Assembly (NCBI GenBank): GCA_965112155.1
Contig: OZ218106.1
Strand: one strand, 5' to 3'
Length of the DNA: 64,000 bases
From: Podarcis liolepis
Taxonomy: Eukaryota
Positions 1 through 13,012 of the stretch are shown here, piece after piece (the stretch's first letter is position 1; every line of letters starts with the position of its first letter). Under the pieces are notes generated by a model. The model saw nothing but the letters and a program-made list of their open reading frames with translations, made no database searches and was not told the origin of the DNA. The position numbers and the translations under genes were made by a program.

Positions 1-612
1 TCTAACATATGTTGGGATTCTGATGCCAGGTTAAAACATATTGGTTCTCTCAGACCTTTGGAGAAAGTTAATTGAAGCCTTCCAATGTCCTAGGATTATT
101 CTGAGTTCTTGTTTCATTGCCTGTGATGGCTTAATTGGTTTTAATTGATTTTTAATTGTGGCTTTATTCTGTACAATATGTTGTTTTATATATTGTTTAT
201 GGAAACCACTCTGTGATTGCTACACGATGAAGGACAGTCTGGAAGTCTGGTAAATAAATAGATGGAAGCTGTTCATGTAAGTGGATATCACATTAATCTG
301 CTGTGAAAAGCGTGTTGTGTAAAGATTTGCCTTCAGTAGTTTCAAACTGGTAGCATATCAGTGTCAGAGGATAACATTGCATCCACTGAAGTGGGCTCAA
401 GTCCACAAAAGCATGTAATAAATATATATATTTGCCACAGTAAAGGTGTCCCAAGACTCCTTGAGTAGATGGTGCTGAAGGTTTTTGCATTTTGAGAGCA
501 GCTATTTCCCTATTCAGTCCTCTCCATGCTACTCACAATTTTAATAACATGTATAATATTCCTGCTCAGCATTCTGAAAAAATAAAAACAAATTCCAAAG
601 CTATATGTAGTA

Positions 613-855
613 CAGTGGTACCTCGGGTTAAGAACTTAGATTTTCCTGGAGGTCCGTTCTTAACCTGAAAACTGTTCTTAACCTGAGATATCACTTTAGC
701 TAATGGGGCCTCCCACTGCTGCCGTGCCACCACCGCATGATTTCTGTTCTCATCCTGAAGCAAAGTTCTTAACCTGAGGTACTATTTCTGGGTTAGCGGA
801 GTCTGTAACCTGAAGCGTCTGTAACCTGAAGTGCCTGTAACTCGAGGTACCACTG
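613..855 (-). mobile_element. Non-autonomous Tc1/mariner (Tigger/pogo-like) MITE, family A
   Basis: TIRs CAGTGGTACCTCGGGTTA / TAACTCGAGGTACCACTG flanked by TA on both sides; same family at 37586, 56126 and 61846 in the opposite orientation. Confidence 0.88.
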
Positions 856-1598
856 TAGTTGGCATTCATCTGTCGGGAGACAATGGAGGAGTGTGCTTTT
901 GGGGGTGAAGTCAATTTGTTGGAGAGTTACATTACCTGCTGTGGCTGTAGAGACAGATAAAGGAGAGACATGTTTTGTTGCAGCTGGGGCTGATGAATGT
1001 GTCCAGTTGTGCCTATCCTGATATATCAACATATCCTAGTCCCAAAGAGAACTACCCTGTATTTTCTGAACTGACCCCCAAAGACTGGCTCTTTTGTGAC
1101 ATTTTGGAGATGCATACGTCAGTGGAAAATACACACAAAATCCATCAAGAGTGAAAGACACAATGACATCCTGGAACAAGGGGGCATTCCTCATTCCATA
1201 TCACGAGGGGATGCGCTCATGCGTTCCTCTCTACTCCACTGATGCCGCTAAGAAGAGGAGTTTGGAGTTTTTGGCTTCCATTATTGATTAGCCGCAACTT
1301 GCTGTGTTGTCCAAACCTGACATACTGTGGTGCATTTTAACAATGGTTTATTTTATACAACCCTTCTTCAACCACGGTTTGTGAAACAGGCATGCTTCAA
1401 CAAACAATAGTTAAGATTAACCATAGTTTGTATGTAACACTCAACTTCCGTTAGCTGAAATTGGAAGCAGATGTGACCATGCTGGAGAAGGAGAGGTCTA
1501 TGAGTCTAGGAGAAGGCAATGTTCATTCTCATCATAATAAACCATAGTTTATTGTGGCACCTGAACACAACTATGATGTTTGTTTTAACTTTAACATT

Positions 1599-1792
1599 AT
1601 CATAGAATCATAGAGTTGGAAGAGACCACAAGGGCCATCGAGTCCAACCCCCTGCCAAGCAGGAAACACCATCAGAGCACCATCAGAGACATATGGTTGT
1701 CAAGCCTCTGCTTAAAGACCTTCAAAGAAGGAGACTCCACCACACTCTTTGGCAGCAAATTCCACTGTCAAACAGCTCTTACTGTCAGGAAG
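1599..1792 (-). mobile_element. CR1 LINE 3' end fragment
   Basis: ATCATAGAATCATAGAGTTGGAAG (reverse of the CR1 ATTCTATG tail) followed by CR1 ORF2 C-terminal sequence (ACAGCTCTTACTGTCAGGAAG). Confidence 0.85.
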
Positions 1793-4005
1793 ACAATATT
1801 GTTTAAGAAATAATAACATGGATATGTTCAGTGGTCTTTTGTATAAACCGATTAGTGGGTTCTATATTAGAATTTTCTTTGAAAATATCTAACAACAAAG
1901 GGCACCTTGCTTTTTAAATGTCTGTGAATTGCCTATTGGGGGGGGAAGGTCTCCCTAGGAGCGCATGTAATATGTTTTGCATGTGTTTGTCTTTCAGGCT
2001 TGACAAGTGGCACACATAGTTTGCATTTGGATATCCATGCTGATGGACTAAGAGTAATCAATGATGCAGTTTGGTAATTTCAGGCCCTGGAGTTAATGGT
2101 CATATGGAGTCCACCCGAGCCCCCGAAGCTAATTTGCTTCAAAATGTGGCAAAATAGCCCTCCTGCCTTTGGGGACCCTTCAGCTCATATTGTGAAGTAG
2201 GGCCTTGGACTTCTGCCCCACAGTCCTGCCCTAATGGCGCCACTGGGAGTAATTGTGCTTTATCACATTCTAAGAGCCTTACTTATGCTGGCACAGGAAG
2301 CTTTATGATGGATCTGGTAGAATCGCAGCAAGAATGCATGATGTAAGCTAGGACCCTATTCTTGCCAACAAAATGACAGATGAGAGAGGTGGGGCATAAA
2401 TGGAAACTGGAGCCAGACCTAAATAGCATTTAGCTCAGATTATTCACAATCAATCTAAAGGCTAAAATGTATTCATAAACTGATTTATGAAAAAAGGCTT
2501 TGATTAATGAACTAATTGCCAGCCATGTTTGCTATTAATTCATGAACTGAATACGAGCCTGGCTAAAAAGTCTATCATTTTAAAATGCAGCTTTCATTAT
2601 AATATGTTGACTGGCGCAAGATAGTTAATCACAAAGCTGGGAAACAATCAAATCATGCTCATTTACTTATTGTTCCATTTCAGACAGTTCCCAAATGAAG
2701 TTCTTCCAAGAATAAGCTTCTTTTTGTTGGAAATGCTCAAGGAAGATTGATCACAATGAAGCTGTTCTAGAGTGTGCCAGGTTGGGCTAACTGACCACCA
2801 TCTTTGAAGTTAGAGAGTTCAGTGGCATAGCGTGGGTTGGACCCTGGGCTCAGAATTCTTAGGGGTGCAAAATTTCAGAAGAGAAAAAAGAGAGTGTTGA
2901 AGTAATAAATAAAAAACAGTGTATCCTCCCACTCCCACAGAAAATCTCCCAGTGTTCACGTGAGTAGACTAAAGAGCAGATTTGGGGGACGGTTGGTTGC
3001 TAGGGCACCCTCTGCACAGGCTTTAGAAAGATATCCTCTCCTGAGCAATCCCTTGTCTCACTCTCTGCTGTGTTTGACGCTCACAGGGAGCTGCGGCTGC
3101 CACTCAGGTAGGTTGATGACCTATTGCCTCTTCGTTCCAGCCTATCAGCATGTAGTGCTGAGGATACTTGCTTTGTCCTGGATGCTGGCAAACCACACTA
3201 CACCACAGTCTCCCCACCCCCACCCCTGCCATAGGCTGCAGTGTTTAGGGCAGTGTCAAAGCCCAAAGTACAAATGGTGATAATTACACCAGGTTTTTCA
3301 ACAATGACTGTTCTGTGAATATCCACTGCTAATAATGGCTTGTATTGAACAAAGTCATCCCATTGGCACAAGAGCTTCCACTTGTGTAATGGAATTTCCT
3401 TTCCCTTTTCTCCTCCTGCACACTCCCCTAATCCCCCCCCCCGAAGCATCCCAGGGAGCGTAGAGGGAAGGGAAGCTCTGTTGCAGAAGTGGAAGTCCTT
3501 TCACTGGTGGGATGACTTCACTCGATGCAACCTGGGCACAAAGGCTTTGCCTCAAGATTTCTGCATATCAGGCTGCTTGGGAAGGCTAGGCTGATTCCCC
3601 CTACCTTTTTCTTTTCTGTTGCATTGATAACCCTGACTATACACACAGTTTCACTTGCACTAGATATGCCAGAATTAGGGATGTGGCAAAAAGAAGTTTA
3701 AATCCAAAAATAAAAACTAGGAAGGTGGAAGGTCTTTATAAAAACTTAATAAGTTTATAAAACCTTAATTTTGCTTCTCAAAAAAATCAAACAGAATATT
3801 TACAACATACAGACTATGCTACGAGAGCACATAATATACATATACAAACAATTCTGGAAAGCTCAGCTGATGACAAGCAAAACACATTTCAAAAACTCCC
3901 TTAAGAAACATGTTGTTGGGCCCATATAAGCCCGCTTGACCACTTGGATCTGTGGCACTGGCACTATTACAAATGCCACATAACGTCCATTCTGTTCTTG
4001 TAAGG

Positions 4006-4044
<39 letters not shown>

Positions 4045-4270
4045 TATTGACTGCCTTTATATCCTGCCTTTTCCTCCAAGGAGCTCAAGGTGGTGTACAA
4101 GGTTCTCCCTGTCCGCATTTAATCCCGACAACAATACTGCAAGGTAGGTTAGGCTGAGAGGCAGTGACTGGCCCAATGTCACCAAGTGAAGTTTCATGGC
4201 TGAGTGGGGATTTGCACCCTGTTCTCCCAGTTCCTAGTCCAACTCTCTAAACACCACAACACACTGGCTC
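4006..4270 (-). mobile_element. Squam3-like tRNA-derived SINE with (AATC)n tail
   Basis: Reverse of GAGCCAGTGTGTTGTGG head, box-B-like region and CTCAGCCTAACCTACC core; (AATC)n microsatellite 4006-4042 at the 3' end; homologous copies at 21175, 32113, 42060. Confidence 0.8.
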
Positions 4271-6487
4271 CTTTAGTGGGGCATCTCCTAAGCTCTGGAA
4301 CTCCCCATCCACTGAAATTAAGGAACCACTTTTGCTGTCTTCTTTTTGGCACCTGCTAAGAACTTTCCTGTTTAGGAAAGTCTACCTAGACATGTAAAGC
4401 TGACACATATTTTGATATATATATATTTTAAAAATCAAACAGTCAGACTATTTGCAATAAGGAAAGGGGTGTGGAATAACATTTGCTTTGAGGGAGCATC
4501 ACCTAACCTCCTTACAAACAAATCAGAATGACTGATTCTAATTAAATATCTCATTAAATAGTGCATAAATGACAGGGTGAATGCTCAATAAACAGCCCAT
4601 CTTGAAGCACCTGCAATTATTATTTATTAATTTTATGAGCTCTTGTGCTCAGGCGATGCTTATGGGATTCCCACAAGCATCTGCTTGGCCACTGTTGAGA
4701 ACACGATGCTGGAGTAGATGCTATGTTAAGGTGAAATATATGTGAGATTACCTGTTCTGGATCTTAGTGTAGGCTGAAGGGACACTTCAGTTATTTGCCC
4801 TTCTGTTTGCATAATCAATAAAACTATACCAATCCACTCCCCACAAAACAAAACAAAACCCAAGGTGTAATTGCATTTCTGTCCTATTAATGACTCGAGG
4901 AAGTGCCCACAATTCTATAACCAGGAGCTGATCCTCTGGGAAGCAGGGAATTCTCTATCCAAGCAAATGGAGATGCTAAACTGATTCTTCTCAACAAGAA
5001 ACAGCCACCCATTGCTTAGTGAACAGTGGCTCTTATTTTTGCCTTTCTTTCTGCCTTTCTTTCCTGGCTGACTTCAAGTTGGTCCAGCTTGGACTGATAG
5101 GTATTGGTACAAGGGAGGCATGGTCCCATCAGCCTGAGTCTAGGGAAAAGGGAAAAGCGATTTATATGTGTTCTATATGCGACATAACATTGTGCCACCA
5201 GGTGGCAATGTGGAGCCCCGTTTTTCTCCACCTGTTTTCCCTGTTTAAATTTATAGCGCTTTAAACTGAAACGCTTCTTTGATGTGTTTAGATCCAGCCT
5301 AGGACTCTTTTGGGATTTCAGAGTTCTGTGGGGGGGGGGATGGTAACTGAATGGGCAGCCATTGAATTTTGTTATCCCTGCTTTGTATCTCTGGCTGATT
5401 TACACATTCATGACCAAATTGTTGTCTTTTGCGCTTTTGGAACAATGGAAAGCAACGTGGAGGGGCCACAAACTGCCTCAGCATTAGCTTTCCATTCCTC
5501 AAGAAGACTAAGGAGAGGCAACGGGGGACACATGTTTATACACATTTTCAAAGCATTTTTATTTATAGCAGCTAATATGTACTTTGGCTAACCCTACTGT
5601 AATAATAAAGAGGGGGGAAGCTGGGGTGGTCTTTTCTCACACAAAAGGAGAAGTTAATTGGCTGTGTTCACCGAAGAGTGATGTGCTCGGCAGCAGTTCC
5701 ATGCTAGTGAATGGAAAAGCTACAAAGACAAATGAGCTGGACCTCAGGATGGGGGTGGGAGTGGGAACCCAGAAAAAGAGGGAGTAGGGGCTGAGGTGGT
5801 GTGAAATTGGCACTGGTACTAAACGAGAACGAAGTTAAAATGCAAACTTGAAATACCCTTAGCAACACTACCCTTTAAAACAATCATTGCAGTTATTTTC
5901 AGCCAGGACTGCTGCTTTAGGTAGTCATAGCTCTCTCTTTCTCTCTCCTTCTTTCTACAAGTATAGTTAAATAGCTCCTAATCCAGGAAAAAAACATTGT
6001 TAAGATGGAACAGTTGATGTATTTGTGATCCCCCCCCCAATTGTAAGAATAATTATTGGTAAAGTCTATCATTCCCTGACCTAGCTGCCTGATGGGAGTT
6101 GTACCCCAAAATGTTTGGAAGGTACCAGTTTCTGGAAGGGTGGTCTAGTTTGAACCTTTATATTTGGATATATACAAGGCATTTCTGAAAATTCCACCAA
6201 TTGTCACACCAAAGAACTATTGATATGTCCAGAAGATTATGGGGACCTTTGCTAATGGGCCTCTCTGGAGCACCATTGCAGAGCCTTGGTCTACTGCTGG
6301 AGTCCCTTCCTTGTATCATAAATTACGTTAATAGTATCAAAAAGATGAGCTCCGCTGTGCTATTTCCCTGTGCAGAGAGAATGGCGTGCTTTTCAGAAAA
6401 CGGCTTGAAGCAGTAGCTATTGTTCGTGGTTACCCCTCTTCTCTTGCAAGTCTTCTAGAAGACTCAGAAAAGGCAAGGAGCCAGGCT

Positions 6488-7318
6488 CAGTGGCATAGCG
6501 TGGGGGGTGCCAGGGGTGCCGGCCGCACCGGGCGCAACATCTGGGGGGGTGTGAGTCCAGAGGGAAGGGACAAGTTCCTTCCTCCGCCGGGCTCCCCGCC
6601 GCCACCGCCAGCCTTGCGCCCTAGCGCGCGCGCCCCGCCACCGCCGCTGCGGCTGCGCTCCACTCACTGCTCGCAGGAGGAGCAGCTGCTGCAGCAGCGC
6701 TGATGCCGCCACCGATGCCTGGCCGGGCACGGGCAGCCTCCGCACCCCGACGCCACCGCCATCCCCTTGGCCCAGCCACAGGCGGTGGCTGCTTCTGCCG
6801 ACTGGGAGGGAGGAGAGCTCCGAGGGGCCTCGCCGCGCCTAAACCCTCCGAGAGGAAGCCGGCAGGCGGGCGAGGGTCTCCCGGCAGAAGGGGGCGCCGC
6901 TGGCTCCGGCTCTCAGCGCAAGTCTCAGCCGCGGGGGGGGGGGGAGGACGGAGCATGGCTGGAAGCCCCCGGACCCGGCCGGGAGGAGGAGAGGCACTCG
7001 CCAAGCCCGGATCTGGAGCTCCACCTACAGCCCAAGGAGAGGAGGGGGCGGGGAGGCGCCTGAGGGGAGGTGGCTTCGGCTGCTTCAGCCCGCGGGGGCT
7101 CCACAAATAATAAATTTAATAAATTCCTGCTGAGCCTTTGGGGGGGGTCCTTGGCTCCTTCGCGCGCCCCCAGCCCCAGTGGCATAGCGTGGGGGGTGCA
7201 GGGGGGCGGGCGCATCATCTGGGGGGGCGCGCTCGCACTCGAGTGCTAAAATCCACGGGTATGGGGGCGCAAATTACTTGCCTTGCCCCGGGTGCTGACA
7301 ACCCACGCTACGCCACTG
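6488..7318. mobile_element. Non-autonomous hAT-superfamily DNA transposon with GC-rich internal cargo
   Basis: 17-bp TIRs CAGTGGCATAGCGTGGG / CCCACGCTACGCCACTG (1 mismatch); perfect 8-bp TSD GCCAGGCT at 6480-6487 and 7319-7326. Confidence 0.88.
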
Positions 7319-10300
7319 GCCAGGCTTCCTCTTTTCCTGTCCACCCGTCCCTCACCCTAAGGTCCCAAAGTGCATTACAACATTTAAACACAATATTAAA
7401 TTCAGTTTTCAAAAGGTGCTTCTCTCTTGGATCTGATCCTCTCTTGGATCTGCTCCAGCACCAAGATTATCTCAGGTTGCTTTTGAGTGCCTCTGAAGAC
7501 CACAGAGAAGCAAGAGACTGGCCTCTTCCTTTCCCCCACATAATCCACACATGCCAGAGATCTGGGAGTGGGTCAGCACCTCTCTCACACAGCATGTAGT
7601 GAGAGACTCCTTCTGCCTCTGCCTGCTCTGCAATGCAGAAATAAATTGGGGAAGAGTTAATACACTTGATGGTTGGCAGCAGGGAGAGAGGATGGTCATT
7701 GAATGCATTGTGAAACCCCATCCTGCAGGCTGGGTATAGTCTAATCAGAGAGTGGAAGAGAGCCAGTCTTCTACATCATTCCATGAGTACGCCAAAATGA
7801 AAGCTTCCACTAGGCTCAGAATGGGTTTACAATGCCCATAGTCCAAGCAATTCCAGAACAAATCCTCCTCTGTGCTCCTTAATTTGAGTCTGCAGCCATC
7901 CTGGATGAAATTAGCAGAGATGGCCAAGTAGCTGGAATACAGAAAGTCAGTGATTCTCACTCTGCAATTCTCGCTCATTGCAATTCTCACTCTGTAGCCC
8001 CATTAAATTCAGCGCAAATTACCACACCTTTTAGCTGTTGCTTAGCAGCCTTTTAACATCATATGGAGACACAAACCACTTTAGAGCTGTAAGCCACTTT
8101 GAATGGGCTTTGCCTGGAAAAGCAGCATATAAAATATCTGCTATCTCATCAGTTCACAGGTCACATTTTCACACGTAGGTAATTGCATATTCTGTCATCC
8201 CATAGGCACCCATCAATTAGTGACCATAAGGCTGCTTCCGGATGATCTATTTATTCAGCACCCATCCTGATTTGTTTCTACAAAGTTTGTGAAGAGGTTA
8301 TATGATGGCTGTTTATTGAGCTTATGGAGATGATAACATGTTTTATGCCATTGTTTTTCTACCCTGTGCATTTCCCCATCACTGGAGCACCCAGTCTGTT
8401 TTAACCATGCAGCCTGAATTCAATGGTATGTGACTGAATACCTCCTGCAAAAGAAAGGTTGCCTGGACTGGAAGTACCCAAAGTCACAACTAGCTAAACC
8501 TGATTCTGATTTTTTTAAATAAAAAAATAAGCATCTTGCAGTCTTACAAGAGAACCATTTACATTCATCTGATCTATCCAAACCTCTTTTGGGGAACCAC
8601 TAAAAAATGTTTTTGACAATTGAAGTAGTGCCTCCATGGATTTGGTTCACTCAGATGAGAGATATGATTGATGCATCTTGAAATGTCAGAAGGAAGTTTT
8701 CAAGATGCATATTACTGACAAAGGTTTTGCTCCCTTGTTAATTTTCAATTAAAAGAGCATTTATGGATTGACAAACACCTTTTGGACTGAGCTTCAACAA
8801 ATGATTTAGAGCCCAATCTGCAAGTTGAAGTGCTTATATGGAACACTCTTCAGGTTGATTGAAGTCAGTGGGACAAGCAGACAGATCCTTTGGCACCACT
8901 TTGGCTGCTGGTGTGCAAGCAGATGTTTACACATCTGTTGTGCTCTTGCATTTCAAGTGGCATCCTAGTCTCAGCTGAAAGGCCTGAAACTACAACCAAA
9001 GCTGGAGTGAATGGTGTGTGTGTTTTTGGATGACATGTAAATGACAGAAAGAGGTCCGTGATGTCTTGAGCACAACAGTGGGATTTCTGGGAATGCTTCT
9101 CTTGGAAGAGCAGCCGCCCCTCGTGCCATTTTGAAAGGGCAACCAAAATGTTCAGGGGTCTGGAGCGACTCCCCAGTGTCACAAGGGCCACAATATGTGG
9201 GGCTTTTCTTTGTTTAGGAGTGGGGAAAAGGCAAGTAGAGTAGGGGCATGGTGAAGGTCTATAAGATTATGCATGGTATTGAGAAAGTGGATAGAGAATG
9301 TTGGAAGATCCAGGGAGAGACAAAAGGTGAGTCACAGCTGCTTACCAGGTGGGGGAGGGGGAAGTAATGGTGAGGTCAGCATGGTGCAAATGCGCCAGTG
9401 GAATCAATCCAGTGCACTAGGCCACCCTCCCCAATGTCTTGCCCCTCCCATTTCCAGTAAGCAGCAGTGACTCACCTGCCAGGAGTGACAGGTATGCACC
9501 TGCGCTCCACCATGCTGTCTGTTTCTGGTAATGGTGTTGAATTTGTTTGTCAAGAGTGTCTCCAGGCTTGCTGAGCTGGTTACATGGGCTTTTGGATTGT
9601 GGCCATTGTTTCTGGGAATTTCTATTTTTCTTGATCCATAAACTTCTCAATACAAATCTGACCCTGAGGCTAATTAGACAGGATAAATTGCAACAACAGA
9701 AGGCCTTTTATCCATAGGCTTTCCTTTTAAGTTTCGTCCAGGATGACAGGAGGTAAATGCCATTTCTGTAACAACAGCTGCTTGACAGCAAGATATACAG
9801 GAAAATGTCTTATAGCAATCCCAAGACAGAGGCATTAGCGAGCTCTTCCCCCTTATTTAAATTCTTGCAATTAAGGTTCTAATCTACACTTTACTGAAAT
9901 CAGCAAATGATTTCCTACCCCCAGCCCCCTTGAATTTCACGGCAGCCTGGATTTTTAAGATGCTGTCTACAAAATCTATATGAATAGAATTGAGTTTTAC
10001 TAGGAAAATGCCAGAAGCCAGTAGAGTTAATCAAATGTATTAGTGCAAACAGACTAACATTCTGTATTTTAAATTCAATGAAGAGCAAAATGGTTCAGAC
10101 ACATGCAAAACCTTCCTTTAATATTAAGTCTCTCTCTTGCCCCTTTCAGTAATCCCCTGTTGCTCACCTTATTTGCAATGCAGCCACCTTTGTATTCATC
10201 CCAACTCTTCATGCCCAGAATTGTAAATACAGTACATGATTTCTGCAGTCCACCACAGGACCATTCCAGGAACTTTGTGTCCTTCTGAGCAAGAGTCCTG

Positions 10301-10436
10301 CAGTATCAGCACTATTACTACTGCTAGGTTCAACCCAAACTAAGTTCTTCTTTGGTGAGCACCTTAACTCTGTTGAAATCAACATGAAAAGTGAGACATG
10401 TATTAAGTCCTGTTGATTTAGATCAAAGGTCTATTA

Positions 10437-10649
10437 CAGTTGACGCTTGGGTTGCGAATGCGATCCGTACGGGAAGCACGTTCACAACCTGCAGTGCCAC
10501 ATCACGATTCAGTGCTTCTGTACATGCACAAAGCACGATTTAGCATTTCTGTGCATGCGCAAGCGCTGAAACCCAGAAGTAACCCATTCCGGTACTTCTG
10601 GGTGCGGTGTGGTGCGCAACCCGAAATCGTGCAACCCGAAGCATGACTG
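10437..10649 (+). mobile_element. Tc1/mariner-type MITE, family B
   Basis: TA|CAGT...ACTG|TA termini, imperfect TIRs (GCTTGGGTTGC / GCAACCCGAAGC), internal palindrome CCAGAAGTAACCCATTCCGGTACTTCTGG; second copy at 33526-33786. Confidence 0.82.
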
Positions 10650-11339
10650 TATAGTGATAGCATCCTCTTCCACACCTGAGGCAACAGGCCAGTTTAGGAG
10701 GCCCAGGATGGACCACATGGCAACAAAGTTGAAAGGTAGAGGGCTTAGGCTGAGGGTGTTGCTGCTCACCAGCATCTACTGCCAAAGTCACCTCGCTTTG
10801 CCTAATGCTAGGGGCGGCCCTGGCTGAACAAACATTGCACAAAACCTCAAAATCTTGGCACAAAGAATGTGGCTCATTCAAGGTCTGAAGCTCATTAGAT
10901 AACCTGGGGCAGGTCACTGTCACTCAACTTAATCTACTCCACAGTAGGGATGTTTGAGGAATTTGATTTCTGTGAATTCCGGAGGAAACTGACTTGATCA
11001 GTACCTCTGTGGCTAATGTGTGGATCCAAAGGTAATTATCCTTCAGATTTTGCACTTCTCTGAATTTTACAATCTAGCTCTTAGCTCAAGAAACATACCC
11101 AAAGGCATTAAAATGTATTTGAGGGTAAAGGATTTGAAGATAAAATATATATCAAAATGGGAATTTCCATAAACAATTTTGTTTTTTAAAAAAACAAAAT
11201 CAATGTGGAAACACAGTATGAGTATAATGAATGAACATGTGTGAAATTGCAGCTAGTCCCTGTTGAGCTGAGGGAGTGGACCATGCTAACGGACTCTCCC
11301 CTTGCCTAGTGGTTTGAATACTGCCACAAATCAAAGATG

Positions 11340-11490
11340 CAGGAAGCTGCTTTAGGAAGAGTCAGCTCATATTTGACCAGTCTCTGACAGTGGCTTTACA
11401 GGGTTTCAGAGACAGAGTCTTTCCCAAACCTATGCAGAGATGCTGGAGATTGAATTTTGGACCTTCTACATGCAAAGCATATGCTCTACA
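11340..11490 (-). mobile_element. Degraded tRNA(Ala)-derived SINE
   Basis: Reverse-complement similarity to the copy starting at 11716 (TTGCATG anticodon loop, box B, CAGCTTCCT tail). Confidence 0.6.
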
Positions 11491-11715
11491 AACTTTCCCT
11501 TATTAGACTTCTGGCCAACAGAGGTGTGCCTCCCCTTCTAGCTGTGGGCACTGTTAGATACCTAACACAGGCCTATGATGCAAATTTGCCTCTGGGCTTT
11601 TTTTAGTGCTCTAGCAATAAGCTTGAGAAGCAGGGAAAGGTTAGGAGGTGCAGGGTGCAGGGCAAGACACTGCATTGGTTCACTAACAACATGCCTGCTT
11701 TCACTGACTTTAGGA

Positions 11716-11862
11716 GGATGAACTGCGGATCAGTGGTAGAGTGCTTGCTTTGCATGCAGAACACCCCAGGTTCAATCCCTGACATCTCCAGCTAAAGCTG
11801 GGGGGGGGGGGAACAGCCTTGTCTCAAAGCCTGGAGAACCACTGCCAGTCATTGTAGAATAC
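11716..11862 (+). mobile_element. tRNA(Ala)-derived SINE, 5' part (continues at 13485-13545)
   Basis: TCAGTGGTAGAG box A, TTTGCATG loop, GGTTCAATCCC box B; body interrupted by a CR1/BovB insertion and resumes with TAGATGGACCATTGGTCTGACTC...TATGTTCCTATG at ~13495. Confidence 0.68.
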
Positions 11863-11895
11863 TAGAATTATAGAGTTGGAAGGGACATCAAGCAT

Positions 11896-13012
11896 TTGTG
11901 GTGGTTTAGTCGTTTAGTCGTGTCCGACTCTTTGTGACCCCATGGACCAGAGCACGCCAGGCACTCCTGTCTTCCACTGCCTCCCGCAGTTTGGTCAGAT
12001 TCATGTTTGTAGCTTCGAGAACACTGTCCAACCATCTTGTCCTCTGTCATCCCCTTCTTCTTGTGCCCTCAATCTTTCCCAACATCAGGGTCTTTTCCAG
12101 GGAGTCTTCTCTTCTCATGAGGTGGCCAAAGTATTGGAGCCTCAGCTTCACGATCTGTACTTCCAGTGAGCACTCAGGGCTGATTTCCTTCAGAATGGAT
12201 ACATTTGATCTTCTTGCAGTCCATGGGACTCTCAAGAGTCTCCTCCAGCACCATAATTCAAAAGCATCAATTCTTCGGCGATCAGCCTTCTTTATGGTCC
12301 AGCTCTCACTTCCATACATCACTACTGGGAAAACCATGGCTTCAACTATACGGACCTTTGTTGGCAAGGTGATGTCTCTGCTTTTTAAGACATTGTCTAA
12401 GTTTGCCATTGCCTTTCTCCCAAGGAGCAGGCGTCTTTTAATTTCGTGACTGCTGTCACCGTCTGCAGTGATCATGGAGCCCAAGAAGGTAAAATCTCTC
12501 ACTGCCTCCATTTCTTCCCCTTCTATTTGCCAGGAGGTGATGGGCCCAGTGGCCATGATCTTCGTTTTTTTGATGTTGAGCTTCAGACCATATTTTGCGC
12601 TCTCCTCTCTCACCCTCATTAAAAGATTATTTAATTCCTCCTCACTTTCTGCCTTCAAGGTTGTGTCATCTGCATATCTGAGGTTGTTGATATTTCTTCC
12701 AGCAATCTTAATTCCGGTTTGGGATTCATCCAGCCCAGCCTTTCGCATGATGAATTCTGCATATAAGTTAAATAAGCAGGGAGACAATATACAGCCTTGC
12801 CGTACTCCTTTCCCAATTTTGAACCAATCAGTTGTTCCATATCCAGTTCTAACTGTAGCTTCTTGTCCCACATAGAGATTTCTCAGGAGACAGATGAGGT
12901 GATCAGGCACTCTCATTTCTTTAAGAACTTGCCATAGTTTGCTGTGGTCGACACAGTCAAAGGCTTTTGCATAGTCAATGAAGCAGAAGTAGATGTCTTT
13001 CTGGAACTCTCT
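11896..13012 (-). mobile_element. BovB (RTE-clade) LINE, 5'-truncated; RT C-terminal half (open frame 12047-12916)
   Basis: Translation GVRQGCILSPCLFNLY, NLRYADDTTL, GLKLNIKKTKIM, YGSESWTIKKADRRRIDAFELWCWRRLL, QYFGHLMRR matches BovB RT; 3' end GAGTCGGACACGACTAAACGACTAAAC. Confidence 0.96.

Noticed and set aside
5016-5231. Minus-strand ORF ending QERKAERKAK resembling a LINE C-terminus
   Set aside because: Similarity too weak to assign by eye.
6386-7599. Cluster of long Pro/Ala/Gly/Arg-rich ORFs suggesting a gene first exon
   Set aside because: They overlap in several frames and arise from stop-poor GC-rich sequence inside a TSD-bounded hAT element; no domain recognisable.
11934-12875. Plus-strand ORFs of 171 and 135 aa
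   Set aside because: Antisense shadows of the BovB RT frame.
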